Below are positions 11,441 through 22,269 of a DNA stretch of 64,000 bases, piece by piece (position 1 is the stretch's first letter; each line of letters starts with the position of its first letter). Source of the stretch: Chamaesiphon sp. (GTDB taxonomy: Bacteria; Cyanobacteriota; Cyanobacteriia; Cyanobacteriales; Chamaesiphonaceae); contig CBDFFH010000034.1 of the NCBI GenBank assembly GCA_965246715.1, positions 1 through 64,000 of the forward strand, in the 5' to 3' direction. A model generated the notes under the pieces. That model worked only from the letters and a program-made list of their open reading frames with translations, did no database searches and was not told where the DNA came from. Made by a program: the position numbers and the translations under genes.

Positions 11441-12112
11441 TTAACCGATCGCATCTGGATCGCGATCTTCGATCGTAGCACCTCTAGTTTTTAACCAATG
11501 CTCTCGGTAAAATAATTCTAGCTGATTTCCAGCGTTGCGAAATAATTTGACCTGGATGAAAATTAAGCCTTGGAACAGGCGATAAAAGCTGAGACTGACG
11601 ATCGCGACGATCATGCCAGTAGCGGTAGAAATCAACGATTCGCTAATCCCCAACGTGACGTTCGAGCCAGCCGAAGTCCCTAAATCGCCGAGCTTGATCC
11701 CACTCAATGAGCGAATCAAACCTAACACGGTGCCTAACAAGCCTAATAACGGAGCGAGGGCGATAATCGATTCGAGCGTTTTATCGCCTTTTCGCATCGT
11801 CGCTAATTCATCTTCCGCTGAAGCTTCGAGGGCGAGTCTGAAAGTTTCGGGATCGGGATTCGTCCGTTTGAGGGGGGCGTGAAGAAACCGTCCGATCGGT
11901 TTGCGGCGCTCTTGTTTGGCAATTTGGGCGGCGGTGTCCCACTCGTCATTTGCCGTAGCTTCCAAAACGCGCTCGATCGATTCTTCTTCCTTCCTGAGCG
12001 TCCTAAACCAAAACGACAGCCGTTCCAAAATAGTAGCTATAGATAAAATCGATAGAGCGAGCAATGGCCACATCGTCGGGCCACCTTTTTCAAACAATTC
12101 TCTAGCATCCAT
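11441..12112 (-). CDS. MotA/TolQ/ExbB proton channel protein
   Basis: APLLGLLGTVLGLI and ISESLISTATG motifs. Confidence 0.9.
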   Translation of the reverse strand: MDARELFEKGGPTMWPLLALSILSIATILERLSFWFRTLRKEEESIERVLEATANDEWDTAAQIAKQERRKPIGRFLHAPLKRTNPDPETFRLALEASAEDELATMRKGDKTLESIIALAPLLGLLGTVLGLIRSLSGIKLGDLGTSAGSNVTLGISESLISTATGMIVAIVSLSFYRLFQGLIFIQVKLFRNAGNQLELFYREHWLKTRGATIEDRDPDAIG

Positions 12113-12391
12113 AATTAAACAGTTAGATCTTAATTATTACAGTTATTTTGAGGCGAGGCAATCGATCTTCAATCGCTCGACATCCTGAGGATTCGAGCCA
12201 AATGTTTCCTATCTACAGTAACATTAGGCTGTCAACCGATTCTGGATTATTTCTCTTCATAACAGGCGTTGACTCAAACTTGGGAACTATCGATCGTCAA
12301 TAGCCATCAGCACTACCCATCACCACTACCCATGTATGGGATGATTGGTGGTTGAAATTTGACTCTCTTTCTAAAGAGGCTACACTAACGG

Positions 12392-13690
12392 GTGACGAAT
12401 GTGAAATCATTACTGCAAGTCTTTCAGAGCCGAAAAATGGCTGCTTTGCTATTCCTTGGTTTTTCGTCGGGGTTACCATCGCAAATTATCGATGCACCGC
12501 TGAAAGCCTGGTTGACGATGGAACATGTCGATGTCAAGTCAATTACGGAATTGTCTGCGCTAGCGATGTTTCCCTATGCCTGGAAGTTTGTCTGGTCGCC
12601 GTTACTGGACAAGTACGCGCCGCCTTTTTTAGGTCGCAGACGCGGGTGGTTGGCAATTACCCAAGTTGCCTTGATTATCGCGATCGTGTTGATGGCATTC
12701 CAAGATCCACATCCTAATAGTTTACAGTTCCTGACAATTATTGCTGTGGCGATCGGCTTTTTTAGTGCATCTCAAGATATTGCTACAGATGCGTATCGTA
12801 CCGATGTTTTAGAAAAACTGGAAATGGGCGCTGGTGCCGCTGTCGCAACATTTGGCTTTCGACTAGCGATGCTATTGGCTAGTGGTTGGGCATTGATTGC
12901 TGCCGATCCGACCCGTCCGGGACATTTAAGTTGGAATACGGTTTATCTGATCTTAGCTGGGTTAATGTCGCTGGGGTTAATTACCACTCTTTGGGCACCA
13001 CAACCGATCGCGGATGAAAAGACACCAGCTTCTTTGGCTGATGCGGTCATTTTACCATTTCAGGACTTTTTCCAGCGACAAGGTGTCGTCACCGGGCTGC
13101 TGACTTTAGTGCTAATTGTCATCTATAAAATTGGCGATTATATGGTTAAAGGTGTCTCTACACCCTTCTTATTAGAAATTCATTTTACCCAAACCCAAAT
13201 TGGTTTGATCCAAGGCGGCTGGGGAATTGTTGCTACGATCGTCGGTGCGTTTGTAGGTGGCGTTATCGTTAATAAAATCGGGATCGATCGATCGCTTTGG
13301 GTCGCGATCGGGTTACTATCGATCGGCATTCTTCCTTACTGGCTCTTGGCTCAAGCCGCTAGTGCCGCACCTGTCGGGCAAAGTCCGAGTGAAGGATTAT
13401 TATTGCTGGCAATCAATTCTGAATATTTCTTTGCCGGGATCGAAGTTGCGGCATTTATCGCCTTTTTAACGAGTCTGTGCAATCGCCAATTTTCGGCAAC
13501 TCAGTATGCTTTATTTACTAGTTTGATGCTATCTGGCAAAAGTTTTATCGTCGCCCCAATGGGTGGTATTGCCAAACAAATCGGTTGGTCGAATTTTTTC
13601 CTGCTGAGTATCGCTGCGGCAATCCCAGGACTAGTTTTACTCGCATTCTTAGCGCCATGGAATGCGCCGATCGAGCCAGAGGAAGTCTAA
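12392..13690 (+). CDS. ampG: AmpG-family muropeptide MFS transporter
   Basis: LGFSSGLP, KFVWSPLLD, GRRRGW, SASQDIATDAY, ATQYALFTS. Confidence 0.88.
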   Translation: MTNVKSLLQVFQSRKMAALLFLGFSSGLPSQIIDAPLKAWLTMEHVDVKSITELSALAMFPYAWKFVWSPLLDKYAPPFLGRRRGWLAITQVALIIAIVLMAFQDPHPNSLQFLTIIAVAIGFFSASQDIATDAYRTDVLEKLEMGAGAAVATFGFRLAMLLASGWALIAADPTRPGHLSWNTVYLILAGLMSLGLITTLWAPQPIADEKTPASLADAVILPFQDFFQRQGVVTGLLTLVLIVIYKIGDYMVKGVSTPFLLEIHFTQTQIGLIQGGWGIVATIVGAFVGGVIVNKIGIDRSLWVAIGLLSIGILPYWLLAQAASAAPVGQSPSEGLLLLAINSEYFFAGIEVAAFIAFLTSLCNRQFSATQYALFTSLMLSGKSFIVAPMGGIAKQIGWSNFFLLSIAAAIPGLVLLAFLAPWNAPIEPEEV

Positions 13691-13803
13691 AGCCTCCACT
13701 TTCATCGCTTCGGGAATACCGAGAAACAGAACTACATCCCTGACTTGAGCAAGGAGCGGACTTTTCATAGAAGTCAGGGCTGTAGCGGCAACACCACAAG
13801 CAC

Positions 13804-14379
13804 CTATTGTCCGGATTTAGAGAGCTTGCTCAACAGCCAGAGCGAGCCGATGATACCGATAAAATGGGCGGTAATCGTATGCGTATTTGCCAACACGATA
13901 AAAATATCTAGCGGCTGAATGATTTTGCTGAGCGCGTCGGGACTGTAGACGGCGAAAGGTTGGGCGAGCGAAAGTGATTTTCCCAGTAGGGTACCCGCGA
14001 TCGATTCCGCACCCATCACACTCGATCCTAGCCCGAGGACACTACACAATAAGCCCCATTGGATCAGCTTTACCGTATCGGCTTTTTTCGGACGGAGATC
14101 GGGATTTTTGAGCTTGCGCCCGATCGAGATGTAGCGAAACGACCAGTAAGTACTGATATACACCGAGACCAAACCGCCGACTGCAAACAGCAGACTGCCA
14201 CCGGTACCTGGATTGCGCGCTCCCGTACTCGCAAACGGAATGGCAAACAGAAAAATCAAAGTCGAAACAATTGCCAGTATTAGTTGCAGCCAAAAGCCAG
14301 CCCAGCCGACTCTTCGGAGTTGAGCGGCGATTTTCCGAACGGTTTGTGGCGTATTGCCATCGATCTCTAGATTTGCCAT
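13804..14379 (-). CDS. DUF3611-family membrane protein
   Basis: GWAGFWLQL and LDIFIVLANTHTITAHF motifs. Confidence 0.78.
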   Translation of the reverse strand: MANLEIDGNTPQTVRKIAAQLRRVGWAGFWLQLILAIVSTLIFLFAIPFASTGARNPGTGGSLLFAVGGLVSVYISTYWSFRYISIGRKLKNPDLRPKKADTVKLIQWGLLCSVLGLGSSVMGAESIAGTLLGKSLSLAQPFAVYSPDALSKIIQPLDIFIVLANTHTITAHFIGIIGSLWLLSKLSKSGQ

Positions 14380-14637
14380 AAATTTATCGGAGAAATTGAT
14401 AAGAAAATCAAAAAATTATCCCTTGAGGCAAATTGAATGAGTTAAGCTAGAAAGTGAATATCTTTTAATCAAACAAAACTTTTAAGCTAGTTATACTCAG
14501 CAATTGTTACTCTGTCTCACTTTGACAGATATATGTTTTAGCTAGCACGCTATCTGACGCTGCTCGACTAGTCACGAACGGCGATCGCTTTATCTAAGGA
14601 CAAATCGGTCTACCAACATTATAAGGTGGTAAGAGCT

Positions 14638-15039
14638 ATGAACTTTGAAGATATCTACTGCTTTTTCCGCAATCCCCCACCACTTTATCTCAATCAAGAG
14701 CTGGCGGTTTGCTATATTCTCGATATTCTACTCCAGGGCGATTCTTATGGTACCGAACTAATTGCCAGACTGGAGCACGAATCTTCAACATATCGACTTT
14801 CTGATACCGTTTTGTACAGTGCGATCAAGTTTTTGGAAGCTTCCGGAACGATCGTCGGCTACTGGAAAAAAGTAGAAGGTCGCGGTCGTCCGCGCCGGAT
14901 GTATCAGATCGAACCTGAGTGGACTGCCAAAGCCAAGGAATTGGCTTATTTCTGGGTTCAGTACGCACACGCACGGTCTAATCCACCAACTAGTTCGCCC
15001 TCATTTGGTAGCGCTCGTGCGCTGCAAATCAGCAGTTAG
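14638..15039 (+). CDS. pex: Pex (period extender), PadR-family regulator
   Basis: EDIYCFFRNPPPLYL..ELAVCY, SYGTELI, LSDTVLY, GRGRPRRMY. Confidence 0.88.
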   Translation: MNFEDIYCFFRNPPPLYLNQELAVCYILDILLQGDSYGTELIARLEHESSTYRLSDTVLYSAIKFLEASGTIVGYWKKVEGRGRPRRMYQIEPEWTAKAKELAYFWVQYAHARSNPPTSSPSFGSARALQISS

Positions 15040-15043
15040 AATC

Positions 15044-15141
15044 ACCCAAGTTGCTACTCACACTCGAAGCGGTTTTAACCGCTCCTCGGAGTACAAAGTC
15101 CGCGATTTTAATCGTAGGCATTTCTAGGTAGCAACTTGGGT
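15044..15141. repeat. MITE-like element with 14-bp terminal inverted repeats
   Basis: acccaagttgctac ... gtagcaacttgggt; related to 62147-62362. Confidence 0.72.
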
Positions 15142-15409
15142 CACACAATAAGGCTCGATCTCTGATTTATGCATCGAGATCGGGCGGTGCGACGCACTAA
15201 CATTATTAGCACAGCGTCTTTAGTTGAGAGCGAGGAAATCGAGAGACCGAATTTGGTTTCTTCCTCCTTGCTCTAATCGAGGAAACAGAAAAATATCCGC
15301 AGGTATCATGCCTGCTTTTTTATTGGTCGAGCTATTTTGGCTGTTAGATCGGAGATCGATCGCAGCTACATGCGCCACATATCCGATTATTTATCTATTT
15401 TTCATCTCA

Positions 15410-16921
15410 ATGGCTGACAAACAAATTCTCCTGTGGTATCGCAACGATCTCCGCTTACACGATCGGGTCTTATTATCTCTAGCTGTGAGCGAAGGGGCTG
15501 GCATCATTCCAGTGTACTGTTTCGACGATCGTCAGTTCGGGCAGACTCAGTTTGGGTTTTCCAAAACAGGTGCCTTTCGCGCCCAATTTCTGCTCGAGAG
15601 TGTAGCAGACTTGCGGGAGTCGTGGCGATCTCGCGGTAGCGATTTGGTAATTCGGCGCGGATTGCCAGAAGTCATCATCCCCGCATTAGTAAAGCAGTTG
15701 GGGATTACTGATGTCTATTATTCCCAGGAAGTGACTGGGGAAGAACTGGCGGTGAGTAACGCCCTCAATGCAACATTAACACTACTGAACGTCGGTTATC
15801 GAACTGAGTGGGGTCATACGCTGTACCGACTGGAAGATCTGCCGTTTAGCCTGTCAAATCTGCCCGAACTGTTTACCAAATTTCGGAAGGAAGTCGAAAA
15901 AGATCCGCAGATCCAACCGAGTTTACCCGCACCAGCCAGTCTACCGCCATTACCCGCCGATCTCGATCGTGGCAATCTCCCCAGCATCAACGATCTAGGA
16001 CTAGAAGCACCCCAATTCGATCCGCGTGCTGTTTTAGCTTACAAAGGTGGTGAAACTGCGGGAATCGATCGCGTGCAAGAGTATATTTGGCACCAAGACA
16101 GATTGCGGAGCTACAAAGAGACCCGCAACGGCATGTTAGGTGCTGATTATTCTTCCAAATTTTCTGCTTGGTTGGCCTTGGGATGTCTCTCGCCCCGCTA
16201 TATCTACGCCCAAGTGCAGCAATATCAGGACGAGCGGATCGAGAATGATTCGACTTATTGGTTGATTTTCGAGCTATTATGGCGGGATTATTTTCGGTTT
16301 ATCTGTGCTAAACATGGTAATGCGGTATTTAAGCGATCGGGTTTACAAGGAGTCGATCTAGACTGGAAGCAGGACTGGGATAGATTCGATCTGTGGCGAG
16401 AGGGCCGAACGGGATTTCCACTCGTAGATGCCAATATGCGCGAGCTTGCCGCGACTGGCTATATGTCCAATCGCGGACGGCAAAATGTCGCCAGCTTCCT
16501 GACCAAAAATTTGTATATCGATTGGCGGATGGGTGCGGAATGGTTTGAATCGCGGCTAATTGACTATGACGTTTGTAGCAATTGGGCCAATTGGAACTAT
16601 ACCGCAGGAGTCGGGAATGATGCGCGGGGATTTCGCTTTTTTAATATCATCAAACAGTCGCAAGATTACGATCGCGATGGTAACTATGTCAAACATTGGT
16701 TGCCAGAACTAGCGAGAGTTCCTGCCGCCAAAGTTCACCAACCTTGGCAACTTTTGCCCGTCGAACAAGAGCGCTTTGGCGTGCGAATTGGGGTCGATTA
16801 TCCTCAACCCATTGTCGATTTATTTAAATCTGCTAAAACTAACGAGCTGATTTATAATGCAGCTTTTCATATTTTCAATCGCGATGACAGTCGTCCATCC
16901 AAACAAAAACCGCGTTTCTAA
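15410..16921 (+). CDS. Cryptochrome DASH
   Basis: WYRNDLRLHD, YKETRNGMLG.DYSSKFS, ELLWRDYF, SNRGRQNVASFL, GVGNDAR. Confidence 0.93.
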   Translation: MADKQILLWYRNDLRLHDRVLLSLAVSEGAGIIPVYCFDDRQFGQTQFGFSKTGAFRAQFLLESVADLRESWRSRGSDLVIRRGLPEVIIPALVKQLGITDVYYSQEVTGEELAVSNALNATLTLLNVGYRTEWGHTLYRLEDLPFSLSNLPELFTKFRKEVEKDPQIQPSLPAPASLPPLPADLDRGNLPSINDLGLEAPQFDPRAVLAYKGGETAGIDRVQEYIWHQDRLRSYKETRNGMLGADYSSKFSAWLALGCLSPRYIYAQVQQYQDERIENDSTYWLIFELLWRDYFRFICAKHGNAVFKRSGLQGVDLDWKQDWDRFDLWREGRTGFPLVDANMRELAATGYMSNRGRQNVASFLTKNLYIDWRMGAEWFESRLIDYDVCSNWANWNYTAGVGNDARGFRFFNIIKQSQDYDRDGNYVKHWLPELARVPAAKVHQPWQLLPVEQERFGVRIGVDYPQPIVDLFKSAKTNELIYNAAFHIFNRDDSRPSKQKPRF

Positions 16922-16931
16922 TGAGAGGAAG

Positions 16932-17420
16932 TTAATCGATGGGATCGATCCGATAGGCGCGCGGTTTTAATTTACGTTTGAGGATAAAAATCGCACCGAG
17001 CGTCACCAACGAGTAGCCTAACGCACCAGCTGGTTCCGGTACGGCTACTGGGGTCAAAAACCCCCGAATCTCACCACCGGGGAATACCGTGGAATGAATA
17101 TTCACATATGCTCGACCCGACACGATACCGCTAATCAGTGCAGCCTCAGCGCTGGCAATACTCCCCCCATTCGCCGTAATAAAGGCCGGATTGTATGAGG
17201 ATGCTAACCTCAGGTCGAGGGTATTGTTGTAGCTGCCACTGGTTACACCCAGGGGAAAGCCAGCAAACACCGGAGTCGTTGTAGCTACACCAGCAGTCCC
17301 AACACCAGGAATCGCTGTTGCACTATGAATGTGGGCAGTTGTAGTCGGTCCGACTAGTCCGTTGAAGGTTATTTGCACCCCCAAGGTATCCAGCAGATTA
17401 TCGATCGTGACCAAGGCTTG
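16932..17420 (-). pseudogene. 3' portion of a CHRD-domain PEP-CTERM protein, cut off by the intron complex
   Basis: TTAHIH, AYVNIHSTVFPGGEIRG, VPEP + TM + basic tail. No signal peptide; begins exactly at the intron 3' end. Confidence 0.85.
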
Positions 17421-17477
17421 GTTTGAGTCGAGGGCAAGTATTATCTTGCGCCCCTCTCAGTTAGAACTGGACGTGCG
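17421..17477 (-). mobile_element. 3' end (right half of domain V plus domain VI) of an outer group II intron
   Basis: cgcacgtccagttc-taactgagaggggcgcaagataatacttgccctcgactcaaac: DV 3' strand, DVI hairpin and AAC end. Confidence 0.85.
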
Positions 17478-19905
17478 GTAGGGTAGGTAGCCAGCGAGTT
17501 ACCATTACTGGTACTTTTCCAACCACCCCCCTCCAAACTACGCATGACCGTTTCCGTATCACGTAGCTTTCCGGTAATTTTTACGTTTGAAGGCTTCACC
17601 ATCGTAGCGACCATATTGAATTTTCTCGTGGCATTGACGGCAAACTACTAAAGTTTTACGTCTACGTGCCGACATTTTCTTCATCCATTCTGGACGTTCT
17701 TTGCATCCTTGTTGCTTAATATCTGCTAATTTGCGAATATGATGGACTTCAATATTGTCCGTTGCTCCACAAATTTCACATTCTTGGGCTAAAAGGCGTT
17801 GAACGACTTCACTACGTCCGTTCCAGATATGATTTGCCTGATTATCATCAATTTCGACCCACTTGTTCCACTGCAAAGAAACTCCACCAAAATAAGTTTT
17901 CAGAGGTAATTTTCCATCACGTTCCACTGTTACTTGTAGCACCCGATAAGTGCCATCCTTTGTATCAATGGTTGCACGATATCGCTTGTAAATTTTCTGG
18001 CAAGTGGTTTTAAACTTCTTTGCCAAAGTTTTTACGAGGGAAAGCTCTGTAACTCGTTTAAGTAAGGATAGCGTGTGGAGGTTATAAGCCATACGGTAGT
18101 ATTGGACTACTCCTCGATACTCCGCTTGATATTGGCTAACTATGCTGTAGGCATCATCGTTGACCCTTTGTGTCAGGTGTATTGGTTTTCCAGAGCGCAT
18201 GTATTTAAGACAATGGTCTTTAATAACGCTTTTGGGCACCCTTAGCCCCACGCTACCGTTGATACATCTTTGACCACGATGGTCATGTTTATCATCGGCA
18301 TGTAGGATGTGAATTTCGTACCCCAGGAATTTAGCAGCCTCATCCCTTGCATGGCTGATGAGGGTCTTTTCATCACTGAGTTCCAGTTTTAACTCATCAC
18401 GTAAAAACGTGGCGATTTTCTGTTTGATTTCCACAGCTTCAGATTTTGAACCAACTACTCCTAACAAGAAATCATCGGCATACCTTGTGTACCAAAGGCG
18501 ACGAAAGTTTGGGTCATTGGGGTCACGGGACGGAATTGACTGTGCCTGTTGGTTCAGCTTCCGTGCTGCTTCCAGTTTTCCAGCTTTTCGGGCAATTGAT
18601 GCAGCCTTAGTTAAGTCTCTGTACGGAGGGTAAACAATCCTTCTAAGACCTCGTGTGTATGCTGGTATTAGTTCGCATTCGACGTATTTGTCCAGTTTGT
18701 CTAGTACCAAATTGGAAAGTATTGGGCTTACCACTGCACCCTGCGGAACTCCGCTATATGTGGAGTTGTATTTCCAGTTTTCCAAGTAGCCTGCATCAAG
18801 CAAACCCTTAATTAGTCGGATAAAGCGATTGTCGTGGATTTTATCTTGTAGTATTTCCACCAGAATAGTATGGTCTATTCTGTCAAAACACGCACTAATA
18901 TCTCCTTCGATAAACCACTTTGTAGCTCGACCTTTTTGGGTAATTTCTTTCAAGGCTGTGTGACATCCACGCTTTGGTCGGAAACCGTGAGAATGTTCGC
19001 TAAATTGCGGTTCATAGTAAGCTTCTAGTATCGAACGAATTACTTCTTGAAGTAATTTATCAGACCAAGAGGGCATACCAAGGGGTCGTAATTTACCGTT
19101 TTTCTTCGGGATATAGGTACGTCGCGCTGGTGTCCATCTATAACGCTCAGATCTCAGAGCCTCAATGATGGTATTAATTTTCTCCAGGGACATTCCATCT
19201 ACCGTTTCCTTTGTAGCACCGGGTGTCATTGCACCTGTGTTGCTGTTCAGCTTGGCGTAGGCGCGTAAGTACAAATCTGGGTGATATAGCAGTCGATACA
19301 AATCTTCTACTGGCAACCCACGTTGTCCGCGTTCACGTATGATGTTCAGTATCGTTTCGGCTGTTCGCATCTCGCGTACCTCTCGATTTCTGTTTCATCT
19401 TTATTACCTGTTCTACTTCGCCATGTAAACGGCTCTCCCGTTTGCCCTGGTGGGGCGTTACTCCCACGACTACTATTAGAACTCCGTCACCATAGGACTC
19501 GCGTCCCTTAGGCAATCCCATGTTCCGTCACTGATGAACGTATAAAGAACGACTTAGGTTCCTACTCATATCCTTGAATAAGTTCATTACTTATTGCTCA
19601 CTGGTCAGGGTGTACCATTAACGAAAGTTGAATTAATGGCTACCAGTGACATCGGTGTACAAACGTGATACCGAAGGATGTGCAGTTCCACCTCTGGATA
19701 TTGGGGTTCAGGCAGTTTAGCTTTAACCATATCGTTCAGGCGTTGCAGAGCCATAACATACACGTTTTCTGTTATTCTCCGCTTTACGAACATGCTCTTG
19801 TCCCCTTGCCCTTTCGGGTTTAGGTAAGTTGTTCGCCTTGGAGTCAGTTACCCTGAACTCCAGCCAACTGAGTTGGCAATTCAATCAGTGCGTACCACGG
19901 CGCAC
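17478..19905 (-). mobile_element. Intact group II intron (LtrA/IIA-like) inserted in domain V of another intron
   Basis: 5' GTGCGCC at 19905. DV ggaaagctacgtgatacggaaacggtcatgcgtagttt. 3' end CCTACCCTAC at 17478. Confidence 0.92.
17559..19370 (-). CDS. ltrA: Group II intron reverse transcriptase/maturase with HNH endonuclease
   Basis: RPLGMP, HGFRP, GVPQG, YADD, C-terminal CEICG..EVHHIRKL..RKTLVVCRQCH. Confidence 0.95.
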   Translation of the reverse strand: MRTAETILNIIRERGQRGLPVEDLYRLLYHPDLYLRAYAKLNSNTGAMTPGATKETVDGMSLEKINTIIEALRSERYRWTPARRTYIPKKNGKLRPLGMPSWSDKLLQEVIRSILEAYYEPQFSEHSHGFRPKRGCHTALKEITQKGRATKWFIEGDISACFDRIDHTILVEILQDKIHDNRFIRLIKGLLDAGYLENWKYNSTYSGVPQGAVVSPILSNLVLDKLDKYVECELIPAYTRGLRRIVYPPYRDLTKAASIARKAGKLEAARKLNQQAQSIPSRDPNDPNFRRLWYTRYADDFLLGVVGSKSEAVEIKQKIATFLRDELKLELSDEKTLISHARDEAAKFLGYEIHILHADDKHDHRGQRCINGSVGLRVPKSVIKDHCLKYMRSGKPIHLTQRVNDDAYSIVSQYQAEYRGVVQYYRMAYNLHTLSLLKRVTELSLVKTLAKKFKTTCQKIYKRYRATIDTKDGTYRVLQVTVERDGKLPLKTYFGGVSLQWNKWVEIDDNQANHIWNGRSEVVQRLLAQECEICGATDNIEVHHIRKLADIKQQGCKERPEWMKKMSARRRKTLVVCRQCHEKIQYGRYDGEAFKRKNYRKAT

Positions 19906-20758
19906 AGTTTCCCTTCACTACGCTCCTGGTTCACATTTACTTAACAAGCCTTACCACCCTTTAATGGGCTGCTTGCCTTTCTGACTCCCACTTCACCGTG
20001 TATGGCTTGGTGTTGGTGACATTCTCGATGTAAAACTTCAAGATTGGACAGCTTCCAATTGATATGGTTTCCGTCTTTATGATGAATTTCTACAATGTCC
20101 CCAGGATAGAACTTTAATCCACAGGAAGTACAATTGTGTTTTTGTTTGCTCAGAAGATTTACAGTCATCCCGTTATAGTTAGAGTTTTCCCGTTTTGACC
20201 AGTAAATCATGTCTCCATCAAAAGGTGATTTATCCCCTTTTACTTTGATATGACTATTTACTTTCCATGAAATTTTGGGAAATGCTCGTTCAATAACCTT
20301 GTTGGTTTGGTGACGATTGTATCTGCCTTGCTTGCGTATGAATTTCCATACCCATAATCTTAATGACCATAAGTCATGACTACTCATGTCGCAGTATTTG
20401 TGGTAATTTCTCCATCCTCGAATAATAGAACCGCATTTATCGATTCTTTCCTCAAGATTGAATCGACTATCTTTCATCATCTCTTTGACTTTTGCCTTTA
20501 CTTTCTTTGCAGATTTACGACTGGGTGTAGAAATAAATTTGTCATTGGTTCTGACAGCAAATGTCCATCCAAGGAAGTCGAAACTTTCTGTACTTTGTAC
20601 TAATTTGGTTTTTGCTTCTTTTACTTTTAACCCTCTTATTCCTAAGAATCGGTCAATTACTTCTCGCAAGGCTATAGCATCGTCTTGGGGCTTGAGAATA
20701 AACACTACGTCATCTGCATAACGGAATCCGTTTATTGCGTCGATACCTCTTCCACCCC

Positions 20759-22269
20759 CAGGTTAAACGCACTTAAATTTGTTATTACTAAAAACTTTGA
20801 CGATCGAATGAATAAATAGCATCTAGAAATCTTGTAATTACTGCTAGGTAATAGTTAGAGCTAATTAACTATGTTAGAATTTAACAAATTTAATTTAACT
20901 AAAATGAAGCTGAAGCCAAAATATAGTATTATAGAACACTTCGAGAGTGTAGAAGACTACAGGACAGAGCGCGGGAAAAAGCATAAATTAATTGATATCA
21001 TCACCATTACCATTTGTGCTGTAGTATCTGGAGCTGATACATGGATAGATATAGAAATTTATGGTTTGGCGAAGAAGGAATGGCTAGGTAAATTTTTAGA
21101 GTTGCCGCATGGTATTCCATCACATGATACATTTGGAAGGGTATTTTCACGAATTAATCCTGAAGAATTTCAAAAAAGTTTCCTGAGTTGGGTTAAAGGA
21201 ATATCTAAAATAACAGCAGGAGAAATAATTGCACTTGACGGCAAACAATCTCGAAATTCAGGAGATAATACTAATGGACAAGGTGTACTAAATACTGTTA
21301 GTGCATGGGCTGTAACTAATAGATTAGTATTAGGACAGAAAATGGTTGAGGGCAAATCTAATGAAATCACAGCACTTCCTGAATTAATTAAAGTTCTAGA
21401 TTTAGCCGGATGTATAGTTACCATTGATGCAATGGGATGTCAAAGAGAAATAGTAAAAAAAATTGTTGAAAAAGATGCAGATTATGTAATTGCTGTGAAA
21501 AAGAATCAACCAAGTTTATACGACCAAGTAGAAAGGCTATTTAAACAGGCTATTGCAACTGGTGGCGCAGGTTTCAATCTGAGTGATTTCAGGACTAAGG
21601 AGATTAATGGGGGTAGGGAAGAAATCCGTAATTATTTAATGATATCAGATGTTGCCGATCGAATAGATTCATCCCATAACTGGATGAAATTGACTAGTAT
21701 TGCGATGGTTGAATCAGTAAGAACTATTGGGGATAAAACCACCATAGAGACTCGTTATTTTATTAGTAGTTTAGCTAATAATGCCAAGAGAGTCGCCGGA
21801 GCAATTAGAGGTCATTGGGGGATAGAAAATTCACTTCATTGGGTACTTGATGTTTCTTTAAGAGAAGATTATAGTCGAATTAGGAAAGATAATGCGCCAG
21901 CTAATTTTGCAGTATTACGGCACATAGCTATTAACTTAATTAGTCAAAATAAAAGTCGGAAATTAAGTGTGAAAAGCAAGAGATTTCTAGCAGGTATAGA
22001 TGACAAATACTTGGCTGAAATTTTAGAAGGTATTTTATAATTTACGAACTATTGGTTGAAATCAAATTACTTCTATAATATATCGACGATTTAAGTTATT
22101 CCTTCGATCGACTACTTTATATTGCATTAAATTAAATAAATATTGCCTTATACTATACATCAGTTCTAATTGAATTCGTCGTAAATGTATTTAGTTCATA
22201 AATACTGCTTAAGTTGTATGTATTATTGAATTCGATCGCCTCATATCAAGTTTTGATGCGTTTAACCTG
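20759..22269 (+). mobile_element. ISAs1-family insertion sequence
   Basis: TIR caggttaaacgca at both ends; 10-bp target duplication cttccacccc (20749-20758 and 22270-22279). Confidence 0.95.
20895..22040 (+). CDS. ISAs1 transposase (start approximate)
   Basis: GIPSHDTF, IALDGK, KSNEITA, TIDAMGCQ, HWGIENSLHWVLD. Confidence 0.95.
   Translation, partial: LTKMKLKPKYSIIEHFESVEDYRTERGKKHKLIDIITITICAVVSGADTWIDIEIYGLAKKEWLGKFLELPHGIPSHDTFGRVFSRINPEEFQKSFLSWVKGISKITAGEIIALDGKQSRNSGDNTNGQGVLNTVSAWAVTNRLVLGQKMVEGKSNEITALPELIKVLDLAGCIVTIDAMGCQREIVKKIVEKDADYVIAVKKNQPSLYDQVERLFKQAIATGGAGFNLSDFRTKEINGGREEIRNYLMISDVADRIDSSHNWMKLTSIAMVESVRTIGDKTTIETRYFISSLANNAKRVAGAIRGHWGIENSLHWVLDVSLREDYSRIRKDNAPANFAVLRHIAINLISQNKSRKLSVKSKRFLAGIDDKYLAEILEGIL

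Noticed and set aside
13690..13800. Hairpin ctacatccctgactt/aagtcagggctgtag as an ncRNA or IS end
   Set aside because: Single copy between convergent genes with no recognisable family; it may simply be a terminator.
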